64,000 bases of DNA from Parasitella parasitica NRRL 2501 (lineage: Eukaryota; Fungi; Mucoromycota), in contig MU619260.1 in the NCBI GenBank assembly GCA_025201805.1, positions 226,405-290,404 on the forward strand, written 5' to 3'. The translations under genes and the position numbers were made by a program. Positions 11,707-25,025 of the stretch are shown one piece after another. How positions within the stretch are numbered: the stretch's first letter is position 1; each line of letters starts with the position of its first letter. A model generated the notes under the pieces. The model worked only from the letters and a program-made list of their open reading frames with translations, had not been told where the DNA came from and made no database searches.

Positions 11707-12624
11707 TTAGTTACGACCACGACCACGGCCGCGACCACCGAAACCACGACCACGGTCTCCACCACGACCACGACCACCAAAGCTACGACCACGATCTCCA
11801 CCACGGCCACGTCCACCACTGAAACCACCACGAGGAGGACGGCTACGGACTCTGGAAGTATCATCCCCACCACTGAAATCAGTGCGAATAGGACGGCCTT
11901 CAATGCTTACACCGTTCATTTCCTTGACAGCAGCCTCGGCTTGACCATCAGTTTCGAACTCAACATAGGCAATACCACGAATCTTACCAGTCTCTCTGTT
12001 GAAAGGTAAACGAATATCACCGATAATAGTACCAAATTTCTCGAAAGCTTCGCGGATACTGTCTTCGTTAAGGCTGTGAGCTAAATTGGCCATAAAAACG
12101 GTATTTGTCTTGGGACCAAAGTTAGTATCCTTAACGCGAGGAGTAGCGGGATTCGCATTGTCAACCTTGATGGTGCGATCCATGAATGTAGTACCATCCA
12201 GTTCCATAGCAGCAGCCTTGCCAGACTTTTCAGTGAAGTCAATGTGAGCGAAACCACGAGAGCGACCAGTTTGAGGATCTAAACGAAGTCGTATATCAGA
12301 GATTTCACCGCAGGATTTGAAATGGTCACGGATATCGTCAGGTGTAGCGTCAAAGCTAAGTTGACCAACCCAAACAGTGGCACCTTCAGCACCGAAAGCC
12401 TTTTTTGTAACTTCTTCAACCTTGACAGTCTTCTTGGGACGTTTCTCTTCTTGCTCATCCTCAGAATGAGAACGTTTGATATTTACCTTTTCTTCCTGGT
12501 CATCATCATCAGATTCGTTTTCCGAAGCAGATGGTTCTTCGCTTTCCTCATCAGATGTATTCTCGTCGCTGGAAGCAGACTTGGGAATTTCTTCGGCTTT
12601 GATTTGAGCAACAGACTTTCCCAT
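11707..12624 (-). CDS. NSR1: Nucleolin/Nsr1-Gar2-like nucleolar RNA-binding protein (acidic N-terminus, 2 RRMs, RGG tail)
   Basis: Intronless 305-aa ORF. RNP motifs VWVGQL/RGFAHIDF and VFMANL/RGIAYVEF; C-terminal GGRGRGGDRG repeats. Confidence 0.8.
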   Translation of the reverse strand: MGKSVAQIKAEEIPKSASSDENTSDEESEEPSASENESDDDDQEEKVNIKRSHSEDEQEEKRPKKTVKVEEVTKKAFGAEGATVWVGQLSFDATPDDIRDHFKSCGEISDIRLRLDPQTGRSRGFAHIDFTEKSGKAAAMELDGTTFMDRTIKVDNANPATPRVKDTNFGPKTNTVFMANLAHSLNEDSIREAFEKFGTIIGDIRLPFNRETGKIRGIAYVEFETDGQAEAAVKEMNGVSIEGRPIRTDFSGGDDTSRVRSRPPRGGFSGGRGRGGDRGRSFGGRGRGGDRGRGFGGRGRGRGRN

Positions 12625-12668
12625 TTATAAAAAAAAAACAAGTTGAAGAAATTGGATTATAAAATTTG

Positions 12669-12669
<1 letters not shown>

Positions 12670-12735
<66 letters not shown>
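12670..12735. repeat. 66-nt poly(dT) homopolymer upstream of the NSR1-like gene
   Basis: Uninterrupted T run seen directly. Confidence 0.95.
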
Positions 12736-13472
12736 CGCCTTTTTATGTAAAATGCATAAGCGTCTGCTTTTCATGTTGTGACAAGTGACAAGCCACGCTG
12801 AGAGAGCATGGAAATGTTCATGAAACATTTGGCAAGTGCCAACCGTACTTTATGATGTGTAAATCAGTGTAATGAAAACCAATCAAGTGAATAGAAATGA
12901 AGACTTTTCGTAGTAATCGCTTGGTAAAATTGAACATTCAAATGTATGACTTTGCGTTTTCTCGTTTTAATGAGTGATACGGAGCGACCAACACAGACAT
13001 GCAAACATTGCTACGAGGGAAGAACGGCAGAGCAAGTACAGTATGGTTTATAAAAATGCGTGCAGATGAGGGGTACTCTTTGTCTTTCTGTATGTCATCA
13101 AATAAGATAGTATTGACGCTGTGTTGTAGCTATCCTGGTTTTAACTCTTGATATGTGTCTGTTCCCTCTTTTACATGTACGAGTACGAGCCAAGTGTATT
13201 AAATGCACGAGCAAAATAATACCAGGGATATATGATGGTTGATTTCCCTGGTTAAAACTGCACACTGACAAATGTCACAATACGTAGCTAAACTTTGATT
13301 TTAAAGACCATCTATGAATGATTATTATGCACCTAACACACTGCATTTAAAATGGGGCAACTGCTGGAAATCCATGCATTTAATTAAGCTTTTCCTATCC
13401 GACGCGAGTATTCCTTGCCTTTTCCTCTTTTTCTCTTTTTCTGTTTTTCTCTTTTTCTCTAAACAATCAAGG

Positions 13473-16400
13473 ATGAGCGTAAGTAACAGCTTGCTGTGTG
13501 TCAAGAAAGGCCCCATAACGACCTATAAATTAGGACCAATATCAAGCAAGATTGAGTGAACTTCGAGCTAAAATAGTTCAAAATGAAAGAATGCGCGATA
13601 AAGCCTACCAACTGAAACCGCTTCTAACTGATCGCAACGCCCTTTCTCAATGTGAGACTGAAATAAGAGAATGTCAAAAATACATTGATTACTTTACAGA
13701 GGAACTAGCCAAGATAGAAACTAAAAAAGAGCTGGACAACGACCTTGGCAGTGGTACCGCACCAGGAGGACACTTTCCTTCGAATGATGGCTCAACTGCT
13801 CCTCCTCCTACTACTACTGCTACTACTGCTACCACTATTACTACTACTAATAATAATACTACCACTCCTCCTCCTCCTGCACGTACAACGAGTGCCGGAA
13901 CACCAGCAGACAACCACCAGGTCAAGAAATACTCAACACTAGGTAAAACGAAACTTGGCATGGATACGTATGCATATTGCTAATATTTGCCCCAGATTTA
14001 TTGACCACAGATACTTTGTACAATAAATCAAAGGTGTCTCTTAAATTGCATGAACTAGAATACAAACTTGATGTAGAAAACAAAGTGTTGGCAGGTATAA
14101 AGACTATGGCCGACGTAATGGACAGAGACCCTTCGCTGAGCGACAGAAAACGACGAGCTGAATTGCAGCTGCAAATGTATGAAAGCATTGAAAAGCTGAA
14201 TTTACTGACCAAGGCGTTAAGAAAATACAAGAGCCTTTACATTGGAGAAGGAGACGATGACGATGATTATGGTGAGAATAACATTCTTGCGATGCATTTA
14301 CTGTCTAACGCTAAGCAAACAAACACAGAACTGGAAACACCTCCCTCAGCTCGCATGCCACCGGGATTCAGAAGACCAGTTACGGGGAAATTACAACTTG
14401 AACTTGTTCAGGCACATGGGCTTGCTCATGCACCAACAAGAATGTTCAAGATGCCTGATACTATCGTGTATGTCAAGGTTGACGGCAATATTGTTTATCG
14501 ATCTAGGTTGTCTCGCAATGATAAATGGCTCGATATGTGTGAGACGCATGTCAACAAGGCAACTGAAGTGGAAATTTCAATCTATGATCAAGAAGCAGAA
14601 CGTAGCTTGCCGATTGGTATATTTTGGCTTAAAATCACAGACATTGCTGAGGGTTTGCGTAAAAAGAAGATTCAACAAGAGAGCGGCCCTGGTTGGGTTC
14701 CTGCTGAAGTCTATCAAAAACAAGAGAAGGAGGGTCTCGATCGCCTACCCATTCCTCATCAACAGCAGCTACAGCCCCAACAGCCATCCCATGTCGAATC
14801 TAATCAGGAGGGCATTCAGGCCTGGTTCGACGTAGAGCCATCAGGCGAAATGCTGCTTCGTGTCAACTTTGTGCGTGAGGCTGCCAACCGCCGTCCATTG
14901 GATAAGCTAGGTCGTGCTGGCGCTGTGAGACAAAGAAAAGAGGAAGTCCATGAGATGAATGGCCATCAGTTTGTAGGGAGGAAATTTTACAACATCATGC
15001 GCTGTGCTTTGTGCGGAGAATTTATGGTGAATAGTGGCTACCAGTGCGAAGATTGTGAATATACTTGTCATAGGAAATGCTTTACAAAAGTGGTTACCAA
15101 GTGCATTTCGAAATCAAATGCTGATAAAGATGCTGCTGACGAAGACAGGTTGAATCATCGCATCCCTCATCGCTTTGAGCCCATCACCAATATTGGAGCT
15201 AACTGGTGCTGCCATTGTGGTTATATGCTACCATTAGGCTCCAAAGGGGCTAAAAAGTGTTACGAGTGCGGTGTTACCTGTCATATTAAATGCCAGCATT
15301 TCATTCCTGATTTCTGCGGTCTGTCTATGGAAATGGCCAACCAAATGTTGGCTGAAATCAAGGCTGCCAACAGGCGCAAGACATTGGAAAGCACTGCAGT
15401 GACTCCGTCTACTTCGACTACTACTACTACTACAGCCGGCAGTAAACCAAGCCGTGCATCTCGGCCGGACGAGGAAACCAAGTTGGGTGACCAAATATCT
15501 CAGTTATCATTGAATCAACAAAAGCCCTTGCCTGTTCCTCAGAATCAACAGCAGCAGAAGCAGCAGCAACATGTCCAAACGCCTCCGCCTGTATTGCCCA
15601 CTCATGGTCAACCGTATCAACCTCAACAACAATACCCAGTTCAAATAAATGACCCTCGTTACCAACAGCAACAGGCTCATCCTGCATCTCCCTATCAGCA
15701 ACCTGCTTCTGCCAGTATTTCACCAAATTTGCGGCCTGCATATAGCTACGCCTCTTCTGCATTGGAAATAGCTCGTCCGCCTGCACAAGCCAAACCAACA
15801 CAACAACAAGTGGAGGTACAGCAGCCACAGGCAGCACAGCGACGTGTTACACTCAACGACTTTAACTTTTTGTTTGTTCTTGGTAAAGGCAACTTTGGTA
15901 AAGTCATGTTGGCAGAGGATAAATATGATAAGCGTCTGTATGCTGTCAAGGTATTGAAAAAACGTTTCATTATCGATAATGATGAGATCGAGAGGTAAGC
16001 TTGATGTGCGCATATCAACACAATTTTTTTTCTAACACTAGTGCAGTGTTCGATCAGAAAAGCGTATCTTTCAAGCTGCTAATCGTGAAAAGCACCCCTT
16101 CTTGATTGGCCTTCAGTCATGTTTCCAAACGGAATCTCGCATTTACTTTGTCATGGAGTATGTCAGTGGCGGTGATTTGATGTGGCACATCCAAAGAGAA
16201 CCCTTTTCTGAGAGAAGAGCCAAGTTTTATGCTTGTCAAGTCTTGCTGGCATTGGAGTATTTCCATAGTCAAGGTATCATTTATCGTGATCTCAAACTGG
16301 ATAATATCATGCTGGGATTAGATGGCCATATCAAAGTAGCTGATTATGGTCTTTGTAAAGAAAACATTTGGCACGATGATACAACAGGGACATTCTGTGG

Positions 16401-16964
16401 GACACCAGAGTTCATGGCACCTGAAATCCTGCTGGAGCAAAAATATGGTCGCGCTGTAGATTGGTGGGCATTCGGTGTTCTTGTATATGAAATGTTGCTT
16501 GGTCAATCACCTTTTCGTGGTGAAGATGAGGATGAAATTTTTGATGCAATTTTGGAAGATGAAATACTGTATCCTGTAAATATGTCGAGAGATTCCGTTT
16601 CTATTTGTCAAAGAGTGAGTTTTTGTAGTAAAGTGTATCTTGTATGTGATGCTAATTGGTGAAATAGCTACTGAATCGAGATCCTAAAAAGAGATTAGGT
16701 GCTGGTTCGTCGGATGCTGCTGAAATCAAAGAGCACCCCTTTTTCAGTGGTGTCAATTGGGATGATATGCTTGCTAAACGCGTTCCCCCTCCTTTCTGTC
16801 CGTCTATTACTGGGCCGCTTGATACGTCCAATTTTGATGAGGAATTCACTCGCGAAAGGCCGGCCTTGACTCCAATCAATAGCGTATTGAACCGTGCTGA
16901 GCAACAAGAATTCCAATCCTTTTCATATGTTGCTGATTGGACTCAAGGAGCACCTAAATGGTAG
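13473..16964 (+). CDS. PKC1: Protein kinase C, fungal Pkc1 (2 HR1, C2, 2 C1, AGC kinase); multi-exon
   Basis: 6-nt first exon ATGAGC, then HR1 repeats, C2, pseudosubstrate RAGAVRQRK and two C1 fingers (HQF..CALC; HRF..CCHC). The kinase has [28 protein letters not shown] and the hydrophobic motif FQSFSY. Confidence 0.97.
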
Positions 16965-17051
16965 TTTTTCACTATCTCCCTTTTTTTTTAAGAAACAAAT
17001 TAAATTAATTAACGATGATACTTCTGTATTGAAAATATGAATGAAAATCAT

Positions 17052-17969
17052 TTATTTCGTACTAAGCTTAACTCTTTGAAGATAAGCATCCCAACCAGCT
17101 TGACGATAACGTTTAGCTTGAGCTTCCACTTGATCTGGATTGCCATAAATACCACGACCAACGATAATAATGTCCCCACCGCTTTCAACAATAACTTCAT
17201 GAGGAGTCCTGTATTGTTGACCTAAACCATCACCCTTCACATCAAGTCCCACACCAGGGGACATGACGATAAAATCTTCATCGTCATATTCATTCATCTT
17301 GTGTTGAGCAATGAAACCGAAAACAAAGTCCTTATTACGACGTGCCATTTCAACAGACTCAGATGTGTAACTACCTTTGGTCAAGGCACCTTTGGATGAC
17401 ATTTCAGCCAGCAAAAGCAAACCACGGCCAAGGGGAAGACCAACCTCACCAAGACCCTTGATAATACCTTCACCAGGTACAGTGTGTGCATTTGTGATGT
17501 GTGACCAAGAAGCGATCTTGTAGATGCCATTGGCATATTGATGTTTGACAGTGTTGCCTAGCAACGGATTGAAATTGATATACAATTTTAGCAAGTCAGA
17601 TCAAATTAAGAAACTTACCAATATCAGCAAATTTACGATCCTCAAAAATTAAAAAGTCGTGCTTCATGGATAAGGCTTCCAATTGATGAACCAGATCATA
17701 GTCAAAATCTTCAACAATGTCAATGTGCGTCTTGAAGCAACTTTTTTTAATTTTATGAAATTAAAAAGAATCTCTTTCTTTGATTTTACCTTGAGTACAC
17801 AAACAAAAGGACCAACAGCATCAGCTATTGATAATAATTCCTTCTTTGTGGTGACATCTACAGCAACAGATAAATTTGATTGCTTGCGCTCCATTAATTG
17901 GAAAAGAGAACGAGCACAAGCATTAGGATGTTTTTCTCCACGCTCAGTATAAGTTTTGTTCGTGTTCAT
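17052..17969 (-). CDS. pyrG: Orotidine-5'-phosphate decarboxylase; exons 17969-17790, 17730-17619, 17557-17052
   Basis: [56 protein letters not shown]. Confidence 0.98.
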
Positions 17970-18059
17970 ATTATCAAGTAAGAGATGAGTGAAAGAATGA
18001 TGGATTTATAAAAGGCTTTTCTAGTTTTTTTTTATATTTTTCACTCTTTGCAACTAAAG

Positions 18060-19471
18060 TCACGAATCTTCTTCTTCTATAGGTGATAACAGACCTGATG
18101 AAGATAGTTTACGATCTAGTAAATTCATTCTTAAATTATCAAAACTTCCAGAGGGTAGAGAGTTATACACCTTCTTCACCCATTCACTTTCCATGCGGAA
18201 TATCACCCAGATCCAGCGTCTAAAAACCTCGAGTAACTCCAATAAAAAGATGCTTCCATCTAGTTTTCGAATGTAGATGTGTGAGCTTAGTTTTAAACTC
18301 CAGGTAATTCGAAGCAGGAAATCAAAAAAGACAGCAATAATGTACCAAAGTGGCTGCGAGAAATAGAGTTGTCTTCGGAAATGTATGATGGGTGTAGTAT
18401 GCTTTTGTGGTGGTAAGTGAATGGCTTTGGGATGTGTGTTTTCGTCAGACTGTGGTGTTTCAAATGTAATGCTCAACAAGTTCCAATCCATTGAAATATC
18501 CCACCAAAATGAAAACATGGAATTAATAAATACAAACAGCATCCTGCAACTCCCAGTTAGTCAAAATATATTTATCATATATATACATGTTTATACATAC
18601 CAAAATCTGAAAATCGTGTCTTCTTTCAAATACCAATTTTGAGGCACCGTACCTGATTCTGCAATGTAGATGGCTGCCTTTCTCTGTATAGCTGAAAATA
18701 TAACTACTGGTATCGAGGATGTATATTTGAGAGCGTTGAATACATGTCGCCTTTCTTTAGATTCAATATACTCGGACATGCACTGTTTTAATCGAATCAG
18801 GTAGGGAAGACTATAGCAATATTTAGTCGTGATGAAATATGAATTTATCTTTGTATACAAGTACCTTATCAGAAGAGGAATCATGTAGTCTCTATAATAC
18901 AAATTATGTGTGTTATCCATGAAATAAGAGGGATTATGCCCCGCAAACATGACACACAATGCTATAAACAAATCACCAAATACATTTGAGAAACTAGTCA
19001 ACATGTCTGCCAAGATAATATCAGAAAAGAATACGGGGGCATACATATTGATTGAAAACACTCTTCTTAGGATCCTAAGAGCGAGGAAATCATAAGTTAG
19101 TATTGAAGAAAAGCAAAAGCTCTGCTATGAATATACCTTATAAAACGGATTCTTTCCTTTCGTTGTAACGATTTGCCTGGCCATAGTAATAGAACTAGAG
19201 CAGAAACATAAGGGATGATGGCCAATGTACTACTATACAAGTAATGTAAACACAAATTAATGAGTACTATCAAGAATAGTACTCCTGAAAGTATGAAAAT
19301 TGGTTTATAAAGTGGTGTATTTTTGTCGGTTTGGTGAAGCTGTAATAGGGAAACAGGGTCTATTGAACACTTTGAAAGAATAAATAGGTTCATGGCCCAT
19401 CCAAATATACCTATTGAAAATAGAACAATGGGTCTATATGTGATAGGTAACATTGTGTCCTCTACATTCAT
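18060..19471 (-). CDS. ERD1: EXS-domain membrane protein without SPX domain (ERD1-like); multi-exon
   Basis: FSDIILADMLTSFS, LPYLIRLKQC, NALKYTS, SFWWDISMDWNL, DFLLRITWSLK, LEVFRRWIWVIFRMESEW. Confidence 0.85.
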
Positions 19472-20500
19472 GGGATAAAATTTGTATGGATGAAAAGAAG
19501 GATTTATTTTTCTGTTGAAGTACGAACCCTCTTAATTTCAAAGCACGTTAATACCTCCTTACAAAAGCAGATACTTTATTAAAGACAGCTAATGGCGTAG
19601 ATTATCTTGGCTTAGTGCAGATTTAGTAAATATTTGGACTTGGATTTTGTTTTCTTGTTATCGATTTCTCGGCCATGGCATTCCAGGTTTGTAGGTATGT
19701 GCTTGGTTATTTGTAGATCATCACACACTCTTAAAATGATTCAGAGTTATGCGGTAGCACAGTTTACTGAAAGACTGCATTGGTATAATTTTTTTTTTTT
19801 TTTTGGCTCAAGCGAATGCATAGTGATGACACAAGGGCAGAAATAACTAATTCGTCTGTTATTATCTTATTCTAATGGGAAAAAAAGGGGGGGGGGGCAT
19901 TTCCAGAAGAGAACCTGGAGAGTATATCTTTAGGGCTGAAAAGAAGAAACGTGTCTAGTACTCCCTTCGAGAAAATGAAACCTCTGATGAAGTATTTAAT
20001 TTTTTTATATTCAAATGCAATGTCATGAGGAACAACAAAGAACAAAGGAGAACAATCATTTAATATGATGTGTAGATATGTAGAACGATGTATTTTGTTA
20101 ATGTCGAATGTTGGCATTTCTAATTGTTAACATTGCTATCTGAGCCATTACTTACTATATAATAAGCATAAATATTACTAATCGAATAGTAATTTGGCAG
20201 CAATATGTGGGAGGTAAGCTATTTTAAGGCAACAAAACTTTAGTATGGCGAATGTTGATCAGAAGCGACAGATCAAATTGAAGCAAAGATTAATCAGGCT
20301 TATAATTATAATGATAATTAGGAAGAGATAGACATTTCCACTACTGTTCCAGTATTTGCTTTATTGGCTTGGGATGTTTTATGTAAAATGAAACATCATG
20401 TAATATGAATGTTTACAAAGCTACGCTGTTGTCATGAACATTGTGTTTTGATGGTTCCTTAAACAACGCATTCTACTGATTGCTTATATTTACTATGCAC

Positions 20501-21157
20501 AATAACCGGTGACATTTAACCTTAAGATCCGATCAGGAACGGCTGCCATGACAACAGAGTTGAAATAGTATTCTATGAATACAACAATGTATCTGTAGCC
20601 AGTATCATGTATATAAGTACATAACTTGTAGTGCGTATCTAGAAACTGGAAATACACATCTGAAGCATAGATATTATTTGGCATAAGCTCGTAGCACAAA
20701 CTAAATCTAGTAGATGCCTTAGGCTCGTGTCGAGATATGTAAAAGTCTATAGCGTCACCCATCCTAATGGTGCCATCCCTAGCCTATATTTTATATATAG
20801 TATAAATCTGAATTGTACATTTTATTATCTGTGCATATATGTAATGTATATCAATTTAAGGTAACCGGATGAATCTAGAAGTGGAGTGCAGATCATTATA
20901 GTGAATGTATTTCGCACTAAGTGCTTCTCAAATGACCTTACTTTCTGCATAGAAAACAACGTAGCAGAATCTCTTGCAAATCTTTCGGTAATATTTGTTG
21001 TATGCATAAATACAATGGCTACCACTGTTTTGAGTAGGCAGTCATGACAACCGTTCCTGGATCGAGTCTAATGTTGAATACTGTCCATCATATTAGCACA
21101 GCTGCCATATCAACCACTCCTGGTCGGTCGGCCTAAGGTTAAATGTCGCCGGTAATT
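20501..21157. mobile_element. Degenerate inverted-repeat (MITE-like) element relic, about 660 bp, non-coding
   Basis: 20501-20526 matches the reverse complement of 21132-21157 at 23/26 positions. 20530-20552 matches the reverse complement of 21041-21064 with few differences. Confidence 0.55.
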
Positions 21158-22341
21158 CTACAATTAATAGGATTATTCATGAAATTTCTTGTGTAAGAGA
21201 ACATCTTGGTTGGGTTCTACTTATTCTGCTAATACAAGGTACCCATTGCTCCCACTGCGTCCCTCTCTTCAGCACATGAATGGCGTACACCTATTCCGAA
21301 TCACCGCTTTGCTATAAGGGATCGCAAAATTTGCAAAACATATTGAAATAACATACGCTCTTCAACAGTCTCAGGTTGGAGCATTGTTTAATTACTTAAT
21401 GATCTGTCAAAAAACTTTTTATTGAATGAGATACCTACCATGTTCAATCTTAAGTAACAGGTTGGCTTAAAATATATACTAAAAGCCGAAAATCGATCGT
21501 TCAAAAAATCACTTTTTATGCCAGCTCTGCTTTGATACTCCCCAACTTGTAACTGTTAAGGTCTTTTAGATTGCGAATATCTCGTGTCTATGAACCACAT
21601 GTCTGTGCTTTTGGGTAGCTATTCTGGTAACAGAATACTAATACCCTATAAACGAAGATTGAATGGAATAACAGATCATCAACATGAAAGAAAAGTCATT
21701 ACAAAATTAAATGCCAAGATATTTTGGAAAGCCTTTGAAGAAAACTCGGTTATCAACAATAACGAAATGGAACCATAAAACATCGATTTTGTTCTCATCT
21801 TATCCTAAAAGACACAAATGCTATTTGTTTTTAATATGAACTAATTTTCAACAACATGGGCTATATTAAAAAAATTAGGATGTGAGTTATTGAATTCGCC
21901 TTAGTTATACAGTATCTGAACATGAGCGTGCACAGATATCATTGTATGGAATATTTTATTTGTAGACAGTTTACCAACTCTTTGGTTATGTAACTTCATA
22001 TCTCAATATCTTTTAAAACAATATTAATCATGATGTTTGTGCAATATAGTATACGTTGATACATTGTAATAAAGCGAAAAAAGTGCCGTGTTCAGCAATT
22101 GATCACCAGATATTGTTGCGGGATAAAATGGCGTAGTCAGTGATGATTCTCATCAGTCAAAAAGATAATACACACATCATCCTATACTTACATTTAAGGT
22201 AATGTTGTAAGTGTCTTCAGAATTAGGAATGATGTATATAATAAAAAGATCGCATAATTATCAATAAAAGAGGAGGTGGCTGTCGTGCTTGCCGGGTTAC
22301 AAAGAGAATCTTGATTGCTTTCTTATTATCCTTTTTTTTTT

Positions 22342-22351
22342 NNNNNNNNNN
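22342..22351. other. Assembly gap (10 N); similar gaps at 31841-31850, 52114-52123 and 58523-58532
   Basis: Runs of n, each abutting a poly-A/T tract. Confidence 0.99.
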
Positions 22352-22615
22352 ATCCAAAATAATGTCATAAATGTCTTCCCTTTCTTTTTATTCTATGAAG
22401 CTGTTTATTTCTGAATGTTATTAGACAACGTATCTTCTATAAAACTACTTTATGGTGATACTATATTCAATTCATACAACCGTTTACATTGCCGGTTTCT
22501 TGCATTTCTGCTCCTTTATTAGTTATATCATTGCCCAAGTTAATGTAGCTCTTCATTATCGGTTTTTTTCTTTCTTTCAAAAAAAAATTCATTAAATTAC
22601 AACGCATAAAATAGT

Positions 22616-24140
22616 ATGGGCATTTGCTATTCTGGAGAAGACGCAAAAGAAGCTAAAAGAAGCTGTCAAATTGATAAACAGTTAGAGAAAGAAAAAATTA
22701 AACAAGAGTATAAAATATTACTATTAGGTTGGATTCATGACACTTTTAATGTGGTCTACTCATTAATTTTAACTCGCCTTTGTTTGTAGGTAGTGGAGAA
22801 TCAGGGAAATCAACTATCTTAAAACAGATGAAGATCATCAATCAAAATGGATATACAAAAGAAGAGCTTCGCTCTTGGAGGTCAATTGTGTATAGAAATT
22901 TGATTGAGTCTGCTCAAGCTTTGGTTCAAGCTATTTCAAAATTTGATCTGAAATTTGAAAACAGTATGAATAATGTAACGAAAAGTAGCATTATACAGTA
23001 TAATTGGTTTGCAATCTTATACATCTTCTTAGGAGTATGCGATGATTATCAAAGATTATAAGTTTTTAGGTGATAGTCGGACAGCACTGGATAGCTCAAT
23101 TATCCAGGCTATTGAGAGCATTTGGGCTGATACAACTACAAAATTTTGCGTTGTCGATAAAGCAAGTGAATTTTATTTAATGGACTCTGCGCCCTAGTAA
23201 GTTTTCATGTGGAGATATTTTATAATTCGCTTTTACATGAATTTGGATAGCTTTTTTGACGATATCAAACGAATTGCAAGAATAGAATATGTTCCGAATG
23301 AACAGGACGTGCTACGAGCAAGACTTAAAACTACTGGCATCACAGAGATTAAGTTTGTGCATGAAAAGCATACTTCTATACAGTAAGAGCAGTTTTAAGG
23401 AGGGCTGGTTACATCAGCGCAAATACTTTTACTAATATCATACTTTTTTTTGTAGTATGTTTGATGTGGGTGGTCAGAGATCAGAGCGAAGAAAGTGGAT
23501 ACATTGCTTTGAAGCTGTAAGCTCAATTATATTCTGTGTTGCTCTCAGCGAATATGATCAAGTACTACTAGAAGAAACTCGCCAGGTAATGAAAAAAAAA
23601 AAAAATTATCGTAAAGAATACAGGATGAACGCTTCTGTGTAGAACCGCATGCTAGAGAGTATTGCATTGTTCGAGTCTGTTGCCAATAGCCGCTGGTTCT
23701 CGCACACCTCAATCATGCTTTTCCTTAATAAGGTGGATCTTTTTAAAACCAAGGTAGCACGGGTACCTCTCGAAAAATACTTTCCAGACTATGGAGGTGA
23801 TCATTTTAAAGGAAAAACTACGCATTTCAACATTTTGCTAATTCGGTTTTAGGAGGAAACGATATCAATAAAGCAGTGAAATATATTCTATGGAGATTTT
23901 TGCAAGCAAATAGGCCAAAATTGAACGTGTATCCTCAGTAAGTAAACTTGTAAGCAATACTGTGATTTGGCTAAATGTTTATCTAAAGTCTAACACAAGC
24001 TACCAACACAAACAACGTAAGTCTCGCATGAAGCTAAAATCAGCATCTCACTCAAATAATCTGAGTAGATTCGATTTGTTTTTGTAACTGTTGAAGAAAC
24101 ATTATTACAGAACGCTTTAAAAGCATCAGGAATGATGTAG
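22616..24140 (+). CDS. Heterotrimeric G-protein alpha subunit, fungal group III (Gpa2/cAMP-type); multi-exon
   Basis: MGICYS N-terminus (myristoylation/palmitoylation sites), [43 protein letters not shown]...YPHLTQAT and C-terminal [11 protein letters not shown]. Confidence 0.93.
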
Positions 24141-24449
24141 TTGTGGCACACATGATCTGTATCACCACTTTTGTTATTTTACAGTTTCATAAAAATTTTA
24201 CCAATAAACAAATAGAGTTGACGGATTTATCATTGATCCGGTCGGAGATCGAACATTATTCAGGTACCAAATTTTTGACAGCTCACCCACTTTCTCATCT
24301 ATAGGCATGAAAACAACACTACGCAACCCAACTTTAAAGCAAATACTGACAAAAAATACATGGTTGTCGTTTGGTGAAGTAATCTAAAACAAATTAGGTA
24401 AATTAAATTTATTGTGGTGGCTGGACTAATGGCACAGAAATGAGAAGAT

Positions 24450-25025
24450 TTACTCTTCATCATCTTCGGCAGCGTCATCACCAGCGCCAGCAGCAGCTCT
24501 CTTTCTTTTGACACGACCAGCACGACCACCACCAAGGGGAGAAGTCAAAGCGAAATCAATGTGCTTTTGAGAATCCAAACGAACAATGAAAGAAGGGACG
24601 TTGACAATTTGCTTACCAACACGGATGTGACGTTGACGGATCAAGACACGAGCATGATGAATAGATTTAGCAAGACCCAACTTGAAAACTTGAGTTTGGA
24701 GACGACGCTCCAAGAAATCTTCAATCTTCAAAGCCAAAACGTAATCAAGCTTCATACGGGACTCATCGAGGACACCAATGCGAACAAGACGACGAATAAG
24801 AGCGTTACCTTCAAAAAGACGACGAGGATCCTTTTCATCAAGCTTCAAAAGCTCACGAGCAGCACGACGAATCTTGGAAAGGGTCAATCCGACTCTCCAG
24901 ATCTCCTTTTTGTTCTTGAGACCGAATTCACCGATCAACTTGAGTTCTTGATCAAGACGGGCAGATTCGAAAGGACGACGAGGGACAGTAGATGTCTTAC
25001 TGTAGGTTCGGGAAGCACCAGTCAT
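24450..25025 (-). CDS. RPS9: 40S ribosomal protein S9 (uS4), intronless
   Basis: [27 protein letters not shown]...[29 protein letters not shown]. Confidence 0.99.
   Translation of the reverse strand: MTGASRTYSKTSTVPRRPFESARLDQELKLIGEFGLKNKKEIWRVGLTLSKIRRAARELLKLDEKDPRRLFEGNALIRRLVRIGVLDESRMKLDYVLALKIEDFLERRLQTQVFKLGLAKSIHHARVLIRQRHIRVGKQIVNVPSFIVRLDSQKHIDFALTSPLGGGRAGRVKRKRAAAGAGDDAAEDDEE

Noticed and set aside
12625-12828. Poly-Lys ORF in the ORF track
   Set aside because: It is simply the translation of the poly(A/T) tract.
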